A stretch of DNA of 64,000 nt from a virus. Made by a program: the position numbers and the translations under genes. The notes below the pieces were generated by a model. That model was given only the letters and a program-made list of their open reading frames with translations, was not told the DNA's origin and made no database searches. Location of the stretch: the IMG/VR virus record IMGVR_UViG_3300020057_000027, positions 64,001-128,000 of that record. One strand, 5' to 3'. Shown here piece after piece: positions 16,414-27,043 of this stretch; position 1 is the first letter of the stretch, and the number at the start of each line of letters is the position of its first letter.

Positions 16414-17042
16414 TAACAGTGACACCATTTCAAGCATATAAAAAATACGTTGCTTTGAAGCTACATTTTTCGTCTGGTAGTTATGACTATTTCAAATTTA
16501 ATGGAGAGGTAAAAGTATCTGTTGATTCATTTGAGAAAAGAAACGATAAAGCATTTTTCTATAGACTAGCTAAGAAATATAAACCAGAAGAGTTAGAGCA
16601 ATATCTAGTAGCAAATTTCTTAGATGATCCAGATAACTGGATTGGTGATCTAATCACTACAGAAGGTGAAGATGTATTGAAAGCATGGCAGAAGAAAATT
16701 CAATCACTCACATATAATTTCAAACAAGACATTACACACATTAAAGAATTCTCTGATGTATGGCTAGATTCTTTTGATTATGCTTTTGTATCACATAAAG
16801 GATCTCATCCATACGTATTAGATGTAACACTACAAAAAGAAATTTCTATTGAAACTTTTATTATTATGAATAAGATATTAAAGTTTTTCCCTAGATTTGA
16901 TAGAACTATCAAAGAAAAATTAATATGGAACGAATTTAAGAGTTTGTGCTTGAAGTATGAGCCATTCTTAAAGATTGTGGATGAAAACAAATTCAAAGAC
17001 ATAATGAAAGAAATTCTAGTTAATACTGGAAAGCTTACATAA
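16410..17042 (+). CDS. 59: Helicase loader gp59
   Basis: YVALKLHF...YDYFKFNG, FEKRNDK.FF, ISIETF, KYEPFL. Confidence 0.92.
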   Translation: MITVTPFQAYKKYVALKLHFSSGSYDYFKFNGEVKVSVDSFEKRNDKAFFYRLAKKYKPEELEQYLVANFLDDPDNWIGDLITTEGEDVLKAWQKKIQSLTYNFKQDITHIKEFSDVWLDSFDYAFVSHKGSHPYVLDVTLQKEISIETFIIMNKILKFFPRFDRTIKEKLIWNEFKSLCLKYEPFLKIVDENKFKDIMKEILVNTGKLT

Positions 17043-17145
17043 AAGTCTTTGTATTATTGTAATGATATGCTACTATAGTGTTAAGGTCAAACATTATAGT
17101 ATATTGATTATTTTGAAAAGACCAATTTGAATATAGGAGAAAAAT

Positions 17146-18069
17146 ATGTCATTTGATGCAATTAAAAAGACGAAGGGCACCTCTGGTCTTTCGGCCATTC
17201 AGCAAAAGCTTGAACAGCTTGGCGGTGAAGGTAAACAAGAGCGACAAAAAGATGAACGTTTCTGGCGCCCGACACAAGGTAAAGATGGTGTTGGTTCAGC
17301 TATTATTCGCTTTCTTCCAGTGAGTGAAGGTGATAGTCAGCCGTGGGTAGAACTAACTGAATATGCTTTTCAGGGTCCAGGCGGTTGGTATATTGAAAAA
17401 GCTTTGACTAGTATTGGTCGTAAAGATCCAGTACAGGATAAGTTTTCTGAATTGTGGCAGACTGGTATTGAGGCGAATCGTGAAAAAGCTAAGAAGCTTA
17501 AGCGTAAGTTTAGTTATGTTTCAAACATTCTTGTTATCAAAGATCCAGGAGCACCTGAAAATGAAGGTAAGGTATTCTTGTATAAGTTTGGTAAGCGAAT
17601 TTTTGATAAGATCCGTAATGCTATGTTTCCTGAACAAGATGAGCTTGACGAACAAAAGAAGGAAGGGATTAACGTATTCTGTCCATGGGAAGGTTCAAAC
17701 TTTAAGCTACGTGTAGCAAAGGTTGATAGTTTTCCTAATTATGATAAGTCAGAATTCGCTACGCCTGCTGCCCTATTGGACGGTGATGATACAAAGATTA
17801 AGAATCTTTGGGAAAGTCAATATAAACTGAGTGATGTTGTAGCACCAGATCAGTTTAAGTCATATGATGCATTGAAAGCTAGACTTGATCGTGTACTTGG
17901 TTTATCGTTGCCGAAGGGTAATGCTGAAACCACACAGAAGAGCGCACCAAAAACTGTTGCGGCTACAGTAGCAGAAGTAACAGAAAGTGAAGAAACTTCA
18001 ACTTCTGAGACTCCCGAAAATGTTGATGATGATATTAGTTATCTTCAGCAATTAGCTAGTGAAGATTAA
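17146..18069 (+). CDS. 32: Single-stranded DNA-binding protein gp32
   Basis: DERFW, AIIRFLP, FQGPGGWYIE, NEGKVFLYKFGK, NYDKSEF, acidic tail. Confidence 0.95.
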   Translation: MSFDAIKKTKGTSGLSAIQQKLEQLGGEGKQERQKDERFWRPTQGKDGVGSAIIRFLPVSEGDSQPWVELTEYAFQGPGGWYIEKALTSIGRKDPVQDKFSELWQTGIEANREKAKKLKRKFSYVSNILVIKDPGAPENEGKVFLYKFGKRIFDKIRNAMFPEQDELDEQKKEGINVFCPWEGSNFKLRVAKVDSFPNYDKSEFATPAALLDGDDTKIKNLWESQYKLSDVVAPDQFKSYDALKARLDRVLGLSLPKGNAETTQKSAPKTVAATVAEVTESEETSTSETPENVDDDISYLQQLASED

Positions 18070-20549
18070 ACACCACAGGCGCCAGTAACACTGCCGCCCA
18101 TAGTGGAGCATTGAATGTTAGTAGCGTTCGGTGCTCCATTATTTCCACCACCTCCGGACATCATATTATTAGTTTGTGGAGCATAAACAACATTTGTTGC
18201 GGCCGCAGCATTTGTTTGATCTACTGATTGTTGTGCTTGTGCTACTTGCGTTAATGTTCCTGAAGACGCAGGTGAGGCAGCACTAGCCAAAGCGGTTGGT
18301 GGAGCCACTGCTGGACCAGATGGGTTAGTATTTCCTACTGCCGTAATACTAGTATCTTGACTTGTTTTTGCGAATCTTTTTTGTCTATCTTCTAAACCAT
18401 TACTGCCGCCGTTAATAACTTTTGTGCTGGCGGTTATATTAGAAAAATCTTTAACTCTTGGTTTAACTCTAGCTTTCCAGAATTCTGTCGCTACTCGTGC
18501 AGCTATCTTTGGGTCTGCTGCCCAATCAGGATTATTTTCAAGATCTAAACCAATTCTACTTCCGAATTCTTTATAGTTTGCTCTTCCTGTTAGTTGTATG
18601 AAACCTCTACCTTTAAATCTAGGTCCATCTCCTGGTTCTGTATTACCTAAATTTTTAATTCTACCTTCATAAGCTCGTCCAGATGCCATTTCTCTTAGTC
18701 TGGTATAACCCATACTTTCATGTGACATTTGTGCCATAAAGGCAGCACGTTCTGTTGGGTCAGTAATTCCTGCCCCATTCATAGCACTGATTAATAATTC
18801 TTTTCCAGTATCACCTGATATTGAAGATGATCCGACTGCTTTGGGAGCACTTTCTGGAGAACCAGGAGCTCCAGAAGTACCTGAACCGCCAGGAAGTGTT
18901 GGTGGTTTTGCTGCGGCCTTTTGATCTATAGTATTAGCTACGGCAAGTGCCTTTGTTCTTTTTACTTGTGATATTTTCTTTTGATTTGCGTATGAACCTT
19001 CTTTAGCTCCTTCAGCATCTCCTACCATTTCATAAGAAAATCTTCCTGTGCCAGTTTTGAATTCTCTATCTAATTCTGCGTCTTGTTTATCAAAATCTTT
19101 ATTTACAGCATCTTTATTATCTTTAGTTAATGAAGCGGAAAGAGGCTCGGTCATTCCTAATACAGCACTTCTTGCTTTATTGACTTGTTCCATTGCAGCG
19201 CCGCGAATACCAAAGTTTTCTGGAAGTAGAGCGACTGCGGAATCTGCCATATCAAAAATAGATTTAAACATCCCATTAATTGTTGACATAAGAAAATCAA
19301 AGATACCAAATAGTCCAGCTTGAAATGGATTTGCTGCTCCCATATCAGGGACGGCATCACCTAGCCAACTATTGACACCATCCATCATAAGACCGAATAA
19401 AGCTCCTACGATAGTTCCACCCAAAGGTAATACTGCCGAGCCTGCTTCAGCTCCCGCTTTTGCGCCTGCTCCTAGATTAGCAATACCATCAATAAGACTT
19501 TTATCTAAACCTTGAATGAATTTTTCTGTGTCACTATCACCAAACTTACCAGTTTTCAAATATGATTGCATTATATCATATGCACCATATAACACAGCAC
19601 CAGCGGCACCTGCCATAAGACCATATTTACCAATCATCATTAGTAAACTACCTTTACCTCCGCTGCCGCCACCCAATAGATCTGATAGACTACCTAGAAT
19701 TCCTTTACCTTGTTTTTTAGTTCCGCCTGAGTCTTTATCTCTTACTAATCCCCTGCCCTCTCTTGATGATTCTACAGAATCAAGAGCATTAAGACTTTTA
19801 TTTGTTGCGTCTTTATCAGCAAACTGAACAAGTTTTTTTACATCATCTGAAATTTCTTCTGTGAATAAGAAGATATCTTGAAGTATATACAATAGACTTC
19901 CATCTGAGTCTAGTCCTCCACCACTACCGCCACCGAAAGGACTTTTTGTGTCTCTCATTAACGGCGAACCATAAGGAGAAAATGGGTCAGATTTATCTTT
20001 ATCTGGTTGTGTATTGGGTCTTAATGCTTCGGCGTCTTCTCTAAGTGTTGCCTTCTTTTGTTCTTCGGCAGCAACTTTTTTCTCTTTGCGTGATTTTAAG
20101 AAATCACCAGCAATTTTTACTCCTAACCCTATTAGTGGGTCGCCGCCTGCTATACCAATTAATAGTGCTCCAACGTCAACGGAACTATCCGAAACAATTT
20201 TTTTAGCTCTAGCGAAAAAAGCTTTTTTACTTGCTAGTTGTGCTTGAATAGCAGTCTGTACTTTATTAATAGAATCTAAAACAATACCTTCTTCGGTTGG
20301 CCCAACTCCTGCTTGTTTGGTGTATTTTCTTAAATTGTTTAATCTAATGTTTCGTTGTTCTAGTTCATCAATAGAAGCTTTGTCTGCTCCAACTAATGTA
20401 GATTGAATAATACGAAAAACATTACGTGAGAAATCTGATTGGGTTTTATTTTCTTCTTCATCTAAGGCGCGATCAATACCATAGAAATTCTTTTCATCTT
20501 TTGATAGATTTTCTTGTATTTCTTTATCAAGTACGTCGTTAAGTGCCAT
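18066..20549 (-). CDS. Tape-measure/baseplate hub (gp29-like) protein with C-terminal GH19 domain
   Basis: Helical and Gly/Ala-rich hydrophobic body; AQMSHES, GNTEPGDG.RFKGRGFIQLTGRANY, INGG.NGLEDR. Confidence 0.75.
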   Translation of the reverse strand: MALNDVLDKEIQENLSKDEKNFYGIDRALDEEENKTQSDFSRNVFRIIQSTLVGADKASIDELEQRNIRLNNLRKYTKQAGVGPTEEGIVLDSINKVQTAIQAQLASKKAFFARAKKIVSDSSVDVGALLIGIAGGDPLIGLGVKIAGDFLKSRKEKKVAAEEQKKATLREDAEALRPNTQPDKDKSDPFSPYGSPLMRDTKSPFGGGSGGGLDSDGSLLYILQDIFLFTEEISDDVKKLVQFADKDATNKSLNALDSVESSREGRGLVRDKDSGGTKKQGKGILGSLSDLLGGGSGGKGSLLMMIGKYGLMAGAAGAVLYGAYDIMQSYLKTGKFGDSDTEKFIQGLDKSLIDGIANLGAGAKAGAEAGSAVLPLGGTIVGALFGLMMDGVNSWLGDAVPDMGAANPFQAGLFGIFDFLMSTINGMFKSIFDMADSAVALLPENFGIRGAAMEQVNKARSAVLGMTEPLSASLTKDNKDAVNKDFDKQDAELDREFKTGTGRFSYEMVGDAEGAKEGSYANQKKISQVKRTKALAVANTIDQKAAAKPPTLPGGSGTSGAPGSPESAPKAVGSSSISGDTGKELLISAMNGAGITDPTERAAFMAQMSHESMGYTRLREMASGRAYEGRIKNLGNTEPGDGPRFKGRGFIQLTGRANYKEFGSRIGLDLENNPDWAADPKIAARVATEFWKARVKPRVKDFSNITASTKVINGGSNGLEDRQKRFAKTSQDTSITAVGNTNPSGPAVAPPTALASAASPASSGTLTQVAQAQQSVDQTNAAAATNVVYAPQTNNMMSGGGGNNGAPNATNIQCSTMGGSVTGACGV

Positions 20550-20555
20550 TTGTTA

Positions 20556-20867
20556 TTACTCTTCTTCTTTCTTGTTGGCTTTATTAGTGTCTTTCCATTT
20601 ATCATCAAGAGTTGCGAAACCAACATAAGCTCCAATAACTGAACCCATTATAATATAGAACCAAGTTATGATATTATCTAAAACTTTTAATCTTGCCGGC
20701 GGCACTTCAAACAAACACCAATAAGTTACAACTAGAATAGATAGTAGGGAAATATATGCCATTCGTCTACGATGTTTCCAACGATTTGCGGCAAGTATAG
20801 CAATTTTCTTGGCGTGTTCTTTAGCGCCTTCTAAGTTAAATTCTTGTGCTTTATTATCTGCTTCCAT
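20556..20867 (-). CDS. Two-TM membrane protein (holin-like candidate)
   Basis: RRRMAYISL and VIGAYVGFATLDDK hydrophobic helices. Confidence 0.55.
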   Translation of the reverse strand: MEADNKAQEFNLEGAKEHAKKIAILAANRWKHRRRMAYISLLSILVVTYWCLFEVPPARLKVLDNIITWFYIIMGSVIGAYVGFATLDDKWKDTNKANKKEEE

Positions 20868-20871
20868 AAGG

Positions 20872-21066
20872 TTATTTATTGCGCCTTTGTTGAGCCAATT
20901 GCTCTTGTTCCTTAAGGTGCTTAACTAGCAATAACATGTATAGTTCTAACTCGTATGGAATTAGACTCTCAAGTTCAGTCAAACTATACTTATGATGCTG
21001 AACCAAAGAGAATAACGACTGATAGTAATTCTCTAGGCTGTTGTGGCCCAGCGTTATCCGAAAAAA
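20872..21066 (-). CDS. Small baseplate hub assembly ORF (gp51-like in cyanophage annotation), no ATG at its 5' end; probable -1 frameshift extension of gp26
   Basis: LENYYQSLFSLVQHHKYSLTELESLIPYELELY; lies in the -1 frame of gp26 at T-TTT-TTC. Confidence 0.7.
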   Translation of the reverse strand, partial: FFRITLGHNSLENYYQSLFSLVQHHKYSLTELESLIPYELELYMLLLVKHLKEQEQLAQQRRNK

Positions 21067-21785
21067 CTTTCTAACCCCTCAAGAGTATATTCTTGTGTGA
21101 AAGGACATATTCCACACTTAACAGTAATTTTTTGTGATAGCTTTGGCATTGTTCTAAAGAAGTCTTCTATTAATATAAACTGGTCAGAACGTAAGTTTTC
21201 TAAAAACTCTACGCCTTTTTCTGTTGTTACTTCTGATGCTTTGTTGAGCTTTTCATCTTCAAAGACATTTTCAACACATCCCCAAATTACTTTGAAGAGA
21301 TCGTTTAGATCTTTAGAGGCTCGTGCTTTCTCTAATGCGTCAAGCATTTTTGCGTTAGGGTAACGCATAATTAAACCAACATTAGGTGTTAAGAAGATTT
21401 TTTTAGAGTGTCCCTCTTTAGCTTCAATCTTAGCATCTTTAAGATTAATTTCAACTACTCGCGGTTTTGAACATTCAGGACATTCTGTCCCTTGTCTTGG
21501 TAGAAATCTAATCTTTGCTGTCTCACCTATAGAACTAATTCGTAATTGTATTAAGATGTATTCTATATCATACATTTCTAATGTATCAATATTGAAATTA
21601 GAAGTAACAATACAGTTGTTTATGATTTGTTTTGTTGCTCTTACGATATCTTCAGGGTCTCCGCTTTGAAGAGCCATAAGAAGAATTTTTTCTTCTTTGA
21701 CTAAGAACGGTCTAACAAGTATCGTATCTTTTGTTGATGGTACAACAACTTCATATGTTGGTGTGTCTAATTTTGGTAATGCCAT
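21054..21785 (-). CDS. 26: Baseplate hub subunit gp26-like
   Basis: MALPKL.TPTY, RPFLVKEEKILL, DIEYI, FF.TMPKL, LEGLESFF. Confidence 0.9.
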   Translation of the reverse strand: MALPKLDTPTYEVVVPSTKDTILVRPFLVKEEKILLMALQSGDPEDIVRATKQIINNCIVTSNFNIDTLEMYDIEYILIQLRISSIGETAKIRFLPRQGTECPECSKPRVVEINLKDAKIEAKEGHSKKIFLTPNVGLIMRYPNAKMLDALEKARASKDLNDLFKVIWGCVENVFEDEKLNKASEVTTEKGVEFLENLRSDQFILIEDFFRTMPKLSQKITVKCGICPFTQEYTLEGLESFFG

Positions 21786-21827
21786 AATAACTCCATGTTT
21801 ATAATACTATAATTTAGGTACAATAAT

Positions 21828-22520
21828 TTAAGCTAATAGTTGTGCTACCAAAGATGTTGCTAGTGGAATATAAGAGCTTAAATCTGGTAATCCAGGTGTA
21901 AGACCGCCTGGAAGTATAGGAGATGAAATAAGGTCTACGGCAGCATTATATTTTCTATAAGCAAACTGTATGTTTAATCTCAAATAATCTTCTGAAGCAT
22001 AACTTAATTCTTGGGCCGCTATTGCTATAGGAAAACATTCTTGTAATTGCCACACTGATAGTAGATTAGCAGCCGAAGACACATCAGCTCCAACACTATC
22101 ATTAAGTTTTACAACTACTATAGTTGAGCAATAATCATCAAAATAATTCATATAATTATTATGTGGGTTGTGGATGTAATTCATCCATACATCAAAGAAA
22201 GTTCTTTCTACCATTGATTTTGTACAAATAAAACCAACATTGAAATCATCATACAATGTACCATATGGCATTTTCATTGTTGAGCCGTACATAGTAAATG
22301 GTGTGGTTGCTATTTGCTTACCAGGAATACTAGCTGTTTCTGCCATCAAGCTCACTTGTGCTGAGCCAGCAACACTTAATACTGTTCCTAAAACACCAAG
22401 AGAACCACCTAATAACATTCCTGGAGGTGGTGATATGAAGCACACATAATGACACGGACGTGATGGCTCGCCTAATTTGTCAAATGAAAATTTTAATGTG
22501 TCGGGTGAAAATAATCCCAT
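21828..22520 (-). CDS. Tail tube-like / baseplate tube initiator (gp54/gp19 fold)
   Basis: SIPGK, KMPYG..YDD, ERTFFDVW, FP.AI..QELSY, FAYRKY. Confidence 0.75.
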   Translation of the reverse strand: MGLFSPDTLKFSFDKLGEPSRPCHYVCFISPPPGMLLGGSLGVLGTVLSVAGSAQVSLMAETASIPGKQIATTPFTMYGSTMKMPYGTLYDDFNVGFICTKSMVERTFFDVWMNYIHNPHNNYMNYFDDYCSTIVVVKLNDSVGADVSSAANLLSVWQLQECFPIAIAAQELSYASEDYLRLNIQFAYRKYNAAVDLISSPILPGGLTPGLPDLSSYIPLATSLVAQLLA

Positions 22521-23120
22521 TTAGTATTTGCTCCTTGAATCTTCCCAGATATCTTTTTTTGTTTCGTTCTTAAATCTTTCAGTTGGTAAAAATAATGCCA
22601 TATCCCATTCTTCTGGTGTTACTGGTAGGAAAAAATTACCTATGTTATAATACCTATATCTTTTAATACATGCTTTGTAGAATCTCATTCTTCTTGAGCT
22701 TTGTAGTATATTGTATGTTATATTTATTCGTAAAGTATTATTTCTTGTGTCAGGTGTTTCAAATTTATAGAGCGCATCCATGAAAAATGCTCTATCTACT
22801 GGTCTTAGGTAATGAAAGTTTAGACCTAGAAAACCTCCAGGAACTGGTTTGATTATCAATACTAATGGAAATAGGTCATAATAGGGTAGTTTATCTTTAT
22901 GTTTTGGATTATATTTGAATGAATACATCCAGCCTGGATTAATATGATTTATTGGTGTGTGAGGTATGATTTTTGTGTCTAGCTTCAGTGAAGTATTACC
23001 ATAATAGGTTTGAATCTTCTTTCTATACCATTCTAATGATACTCTGGTTCTTGCTTCAAAGACTTCTTGGTTTAAGTCTTTTTGAAACAGGTCTTTTAAT
23101 ATTTTCGTGTATATAGACAT
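22521..23120 (-). CDS. 2: DNA end protector gp2
   Basis: YNPKHKDKLPYYDLFPLV, GFLGLNFHYL, LFLPTERF. Confidence 0.92.
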   Translation of the reverse strand: MSIYTKILKDLFQKDLNQEVFEARTRVSLEWYRKKIQTYYGNTSLKLDTKIIPHTPINHINPGWMYSFKYNPKHKDKLPYYDLFPLVLIIKPVPGGFLGLNFHYLRPVDRAFFMDALYKFETPDTRNNTLRINITYNILQSSRRMRFYKACIKRYRYYNIGNFFLPVTPEEWDMALFLPTERFKNETKKDIWEDSRSKY

Positions 23121-23132
23121 AGTGGTATTTAG

Positions 23133-23579
23133 TTAAGATCCAAGAACTTTAATACCTAAAGCTTTTAGAGTATCTTCTGTCCATACCTGAAACGTTGCGC
23201 TATTCTTATTAGCAAGGGCATCCGCTGCTTTCCATTTAGCTTGGTTCTTTACATATGACATAACTTCAGTGATATATCGTTTAGTTTGACGTTTCGGTTT
23301 TTTGGGTGGTTGTGTGTGTTTCTTAGGTTTTACTTCTATCCATAGTTTTCTACCAGACTCTAATTCTATCTGAAAATCCACAAAGTAACGATGATAGCTT
23401 CCATCAGTCGGACATAAATAAGGTATAATAAGTTCTTCGGAGGACCATGAAACAACTTTTGAATTATTGTCACACCACAACATTACAGATAGTTCCCAAG
23501 ATGAACGATAAACAATCCCAGTATAATCACCATTATACTTGCTTGGGTTTTTGGGTTTAAACTTTCCTTGGTAGGTCAT
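23133..23579 (-). CDS. 4: Head completion nuclease gp4
   Basis: YQGKFKPKNP.KY.GD, YRSSWE, WSSEE, HRYFVDF, IEVKP, NQAKW.AA. Confidence 0.93.
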   Translation of the reverse strand: MTYQGKFKPKNPSKYNGDYTGIVYRSSWELSVMLWCDNNSKVVSWSSEELIIPYLCPTDGSYHRYFVDFQIELESGRKLWIEVKPKKHTQPPKKPKRQTKRYITEVMSYVKNQAKWKAADALANKNSATFQVWTEDTLKALGIKVLGS

Positions 23580-23584
23580 AAAAT

Positions 23585-24484
23585 ATGGGATTTGAATCTT
23601 TCTTAAAAGCTATTGGTAAACGAGCTACTGCCTCGGGAACCATCATAGATGCTAATACTAAAGCTAGTCTTGGTGGAACTTCTGCTATATTCCCTTCAGA
23701 CCTATTTACGCCAGCAAATGAAGCGTTTATCCTTTTTGTTAAAAGAGATCCAGTTAATCAAAACGAGATATCAAAAGATACTGATAAAGACTCTCCAGCA
23801 AGAATGGCTTTATACATGCCTCCACAGATGAAAGTTAATTATGGGTCGCAGTGGGAAGAAATACAAATGACCGTATTTCAATATATGGATATGGGTAAAG
23901 AAGGTGCTGCTGGTGCTGAGTTTGTAAAAAATGTAGCAGGCGGAACAGACGCAGGCAGAAAGGCAGCAATGGACGCAGCAATTCAAGCAGTCGGTAGAGG
24001 TTTCACTAATCTATTAGATTTCACTGCTTCAGGTTCTAACTTCGGACAGCAATTTGAACAACTAACCAAAAAGACATTAAATCCCCATATGGCTCTATTG
24101 TTTAAGGGTGTTAGCTTTAGAGAGTTTTCGTTTGATTTTCAAATGATGGCAAGAAATGAAGAAGAAACAGAAGCAATAAGAAAAATTATAAGATCATTCA
24201 AAGCTGGCATGCATCCTAAAATAGAAGATGGTTCTGGAAGATATATGATCTATCCAGATACTTTTGATATATATTTGAAAACGGGCGTTAAAGGAACAAA
24301 CACCGATTCAGAATATCTATTTCAAATTAAAACTGCTGCCCTTACTGGTATGAGTGTTGATTACGCAGGTTCAGGTATTCCTAGTTTTTTTGCTGCCAAT
24401 GGGGCTCCAGTTGATATAAGACTTAGTTTATCATTCAAAGAACTCGGTGTTCTAACTAGAGAAGATGTTCATAAGGGATATTAA
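23585..24484 (+). CDS. 48: Baseplate tail tube cap gp48
   Basis: LYMP, NPH..LLFKG..FREFSFDF, YPD.F.I, L.LSFKE. Confidence 0.85.
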   Translation: MGFESFLKAIGKRATASGTIIDANTKASLGGTSAIFPSDLFTPANEAFILFVKRDPVNQNEISKDTDKDSPARMALYMPPQMKVNYGSQWEEIQMTVFQYMDMGKEGAAGAEFVKNVAGGTDAGRKAAMDAAIQAVGRGFTNLLDFTASGSNFGQQFEQLTKKTLNPHMALLFKGVSFREFSFDFQMMARNEEETEAIRKIIRSFKAGMHPKIEDGSGRYMIYPDTFDIYLKTGVKGTNTDSEYLFQIKTAALTGMSVDYAGSGIPSFFAANGAPVDIRLSLSFKELGVLTREDVHKGY

Positions 24485-25002
24485 TGAAACATTTTGAATT
24501 TTTTCCTAAAATAGATTACAGTAACGAAAAATCTGTGAACATAATGGTTCGCGGAAAGATTAGAGATGCTATATTAGCCAACGTTGCTCTGTATTACAAA
24601 TATACCATAGAAGATTCTGATCGTCCAGATATATTAGCAAACAAATATTATGGCAATAGTAATCATACTTGGGCTATATTCTATGCTAATGAGATATTTG
24701 ATCCTAGATTTGACTGGCCTTTGAATAGCTCACAGTTTTATTCATATATTAAAGCAAAATACGGTTCAGTACAAAAAACACAAAATCTATTAGATGAGCC
24801 ACATCATTACCTTTTAGATGATACCTTCGTAATAGATAAAACAACCTACCTAGATAATAGTATTGAGCAAGCAAGAAAACAGAAGATTAGTGTATATCAA
24901 CACGAATGGAATCTTAATGAAGCGAAAAGAGATATTAAAATAGTTGATGTGGTATACTTAAGACAATTAACTAATGAATTAGAAAATTTGTTTAAGAGTT
25001 AA
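24484..25002 (+). CDS. 53: Baseplate wedge gp53
   Basis: F..FPKIDY, DRPDILA.KYYG, N.I.DP.FDWPL, NEAKR.IK. Confidence 0.9.
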   Translation: MKHFEFFPKIDYSNEKSVNIMVRGKIRDAILANVALYYKYTIEDSDRPDILANKYYGNSNHTWAIFYANEIFDPRFDWPLNSSQFYSYIKAKYGSVQKTQNLLDEPHHYLLDDTFVIDKTTYLDNSIEQARKQKISVYQHEWNLNEAKRDIKIVDVVYLRQLTNELENLFKS

Positions 25003-25003
25003 T

Positions 25004-26362
25004 ATGGGTGACGGAGAATTACGCCGTGAACATGATTTTATCCTCAACTACTTAAAAATAGTAGACTGGAAGGGTAATGAATATGATTTCACTGCACATT
25101 ACATTGAATTCACATACGAAGAAAGTATCTTTACTGTACCACACGGCACATTAGTTGCTATGGACGCAATAGATTATCCTACGCTATTGCCCATAATCGG
25201 CGAAGAAAGAATGAAAGCATCTTTCACACGTCCAGATGAAAAAAAGTTGGGCGATAATTTACCAGACCTAAAATTTGATTTGCATGTATATGCTCTAACT
25301 GGTAAACATCAAGATCAGGGGTCAAGAAAGCGTCAAGTATATAATCTAAAATATATTTCAGATGCGCCAATCAAGAGCGTAAACACTAGAGTATTCAAAG
25401 CATATAAAGGTAAACTATATTCTGATATGGTTCAAGAAATATATGATGAATTCATTACTGATGGTAAACCTTTAGAAATAGAAAAAACTCTGCACGAAAT
25501 GGATTACGTTGTTAATAATGAAAAACCATTCAACGCAATAAAGAAAATGTGCCAGCGTTCTATATCAGATGAGCAAAATGGTAGTATGTATACATTTTAT
25601 GAAGATAGAGATAAATTCTATTTCATGAGTCTTGGTAAAATGTTTGATAGACCAGTAACAACAACTATCAGCTATGAACCAAAAAACATCAATAAAGATA
25701 CGCCTGCATTAGAACATAAGACAAAAGATTTAGAGCGCGACATGTATAACGTATCACAAATGTCCAATGGTGATGGATTTGATATTTTACATTCCGCAAT
25801 GAGTGGCGAAGGCAGTTCTAATTTACTATCAATTAATCCAATAAGAAGAAAGTTTATAGAAAAAACTTTTGACTTAAGAGAAGAATACGATAGCTTCAAA
25901 CATATTGAAAAGAATAAGAAGTGGTCAGACAAAAATAAAATGTTTGGCGATAAAAAATCTAATCCGTTGATGATTGTTAGTAACATTGGTAATGATACAG
26001 CTCCATATATTTCAGATCACGAGCCCGGCATCAAACCATATTTCTTTGAAGAATATAAACTTCATAGACTATCTCAAAAAATGCAGATATCAAAACATAT
26101 TACTAAAGTTACTCTATCTGGTGATCCAAGAGTAAAAGCTGGTGATATGATAGAATTTCTATTACCTGAAGCATTAGGTAAAACTAATATTGATGAACCA
26201 GAAGAATTGGATAGATATCTTCAAGGTAAATATCTAGTAGCCGCAGTAGCACATATAATGAAACAAAATAGTTATACTATACATTTGGAACTATTGAAAG
26301 ATTCATACTTCAAAGAACTTCTTAATAGAGATCCAGTGGAAGAATATGAAGGTAAATTTTAA
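25004..26362 (+). CDS. Baseplate hub protein (gp27-like)
   Basis: LPIIGEE, FYE....YF.S, GD...KAGD.I, GKYLV; follows gp53. Confidence 0.7.
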   Translation: MGDGELRREHDFILNYLKIVDWKGNEYDFTAHYIEFTYEESIFTVPHGTLVAMDAIDYPTLLPIIGEERMKASFTRPDEKKLGDNLPDLKFDLHVYALTGKHQDQGSRKRQVYNLKYISDAPIKSVNTRVFKAYKGKLYSDMVQEIYDEFITDGKPLEIEKTLHEMDYVVNNEKPFNAIKKMCQRSISDEQNGSMYTFYEDRDKFYFMSLGKMFDRPVTTTISYEPKNINKDTPALEHKTKDLERDMYNVSQMSNGDGFDILHSAMSGEGSSNLLSINPIRRKFIEKTFDLREEYDSFKHIEKNKKWSDKNKMFGDKKSNPLMIVSNIGNDTAPYISDHEPGIKPYFFEEYKLHRLSQKMQISKHITKVTLSGDPRVKAGDMIEFLLPEALGKTNIDEPEELDRYLQGKYLVAAVAHIMKQNSYTIHLELLKDSYFKELLNRDPVEEYEGKF

Positions 26363-27043
26363 TAATACTTGCATTATATTGATTAGTTTAGTATATTAGT
26401 TATATGAAGATTTTCTTGTCAATTACTTTAGTTCTATGCGGTGTTGCAATTGGTCTTGCAATAGACCAAGCCAACAATCGTCGTTTAGTGACAAAAGCAG
26501 AAACAGCGTGTCATAATCGGTGCGACAAAAGCAATCCAGAAGAGATTGGCAACTTAATTTGTAAATCACAGTGTACCAGAATCATCGTTGACAGTCAATG
26601 CTTGAAATTTCCTAATCAATAATATGCTTCCTACCACAGAACGCCGACTCCGCAAAAACTTTGCTAGTGCCGTAAACAATTTTGAATTAAAAATCAAATG
26701 GTTACAAGAGCAAGCTAATAACAAAGATATAAAGATTAAATCCCTCCACAAAGAAATTCTAATATTGAAAAACAAGAACAAACGTCTTGGAATAGCAATC
26801 GCTATTATAATATTAGGATTTTTGTTGTATTCACTAATATAATGTGTTAAGATGACTGATAAGAAGAATGAATCAGACGAACCTGTTCCTGTAGAAGTAA
26901 AGGAATATGAACGTTTGAGAAAAAAACACAAGAGTCGTATGCGTAGAGAGCAAGAACAGAAAGAGCGTGAAGAACAGCTAGAAGATCTTGACGATGACAT
27001 GTATGCTATTATGAAAAAGATCAAGTGATCTTCGGAGTATATT

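Noticed and set aside
19048-21363. Plus-strand ORFs inside the tail genes
   Set aside because: Antisense to conserved structural CDSs
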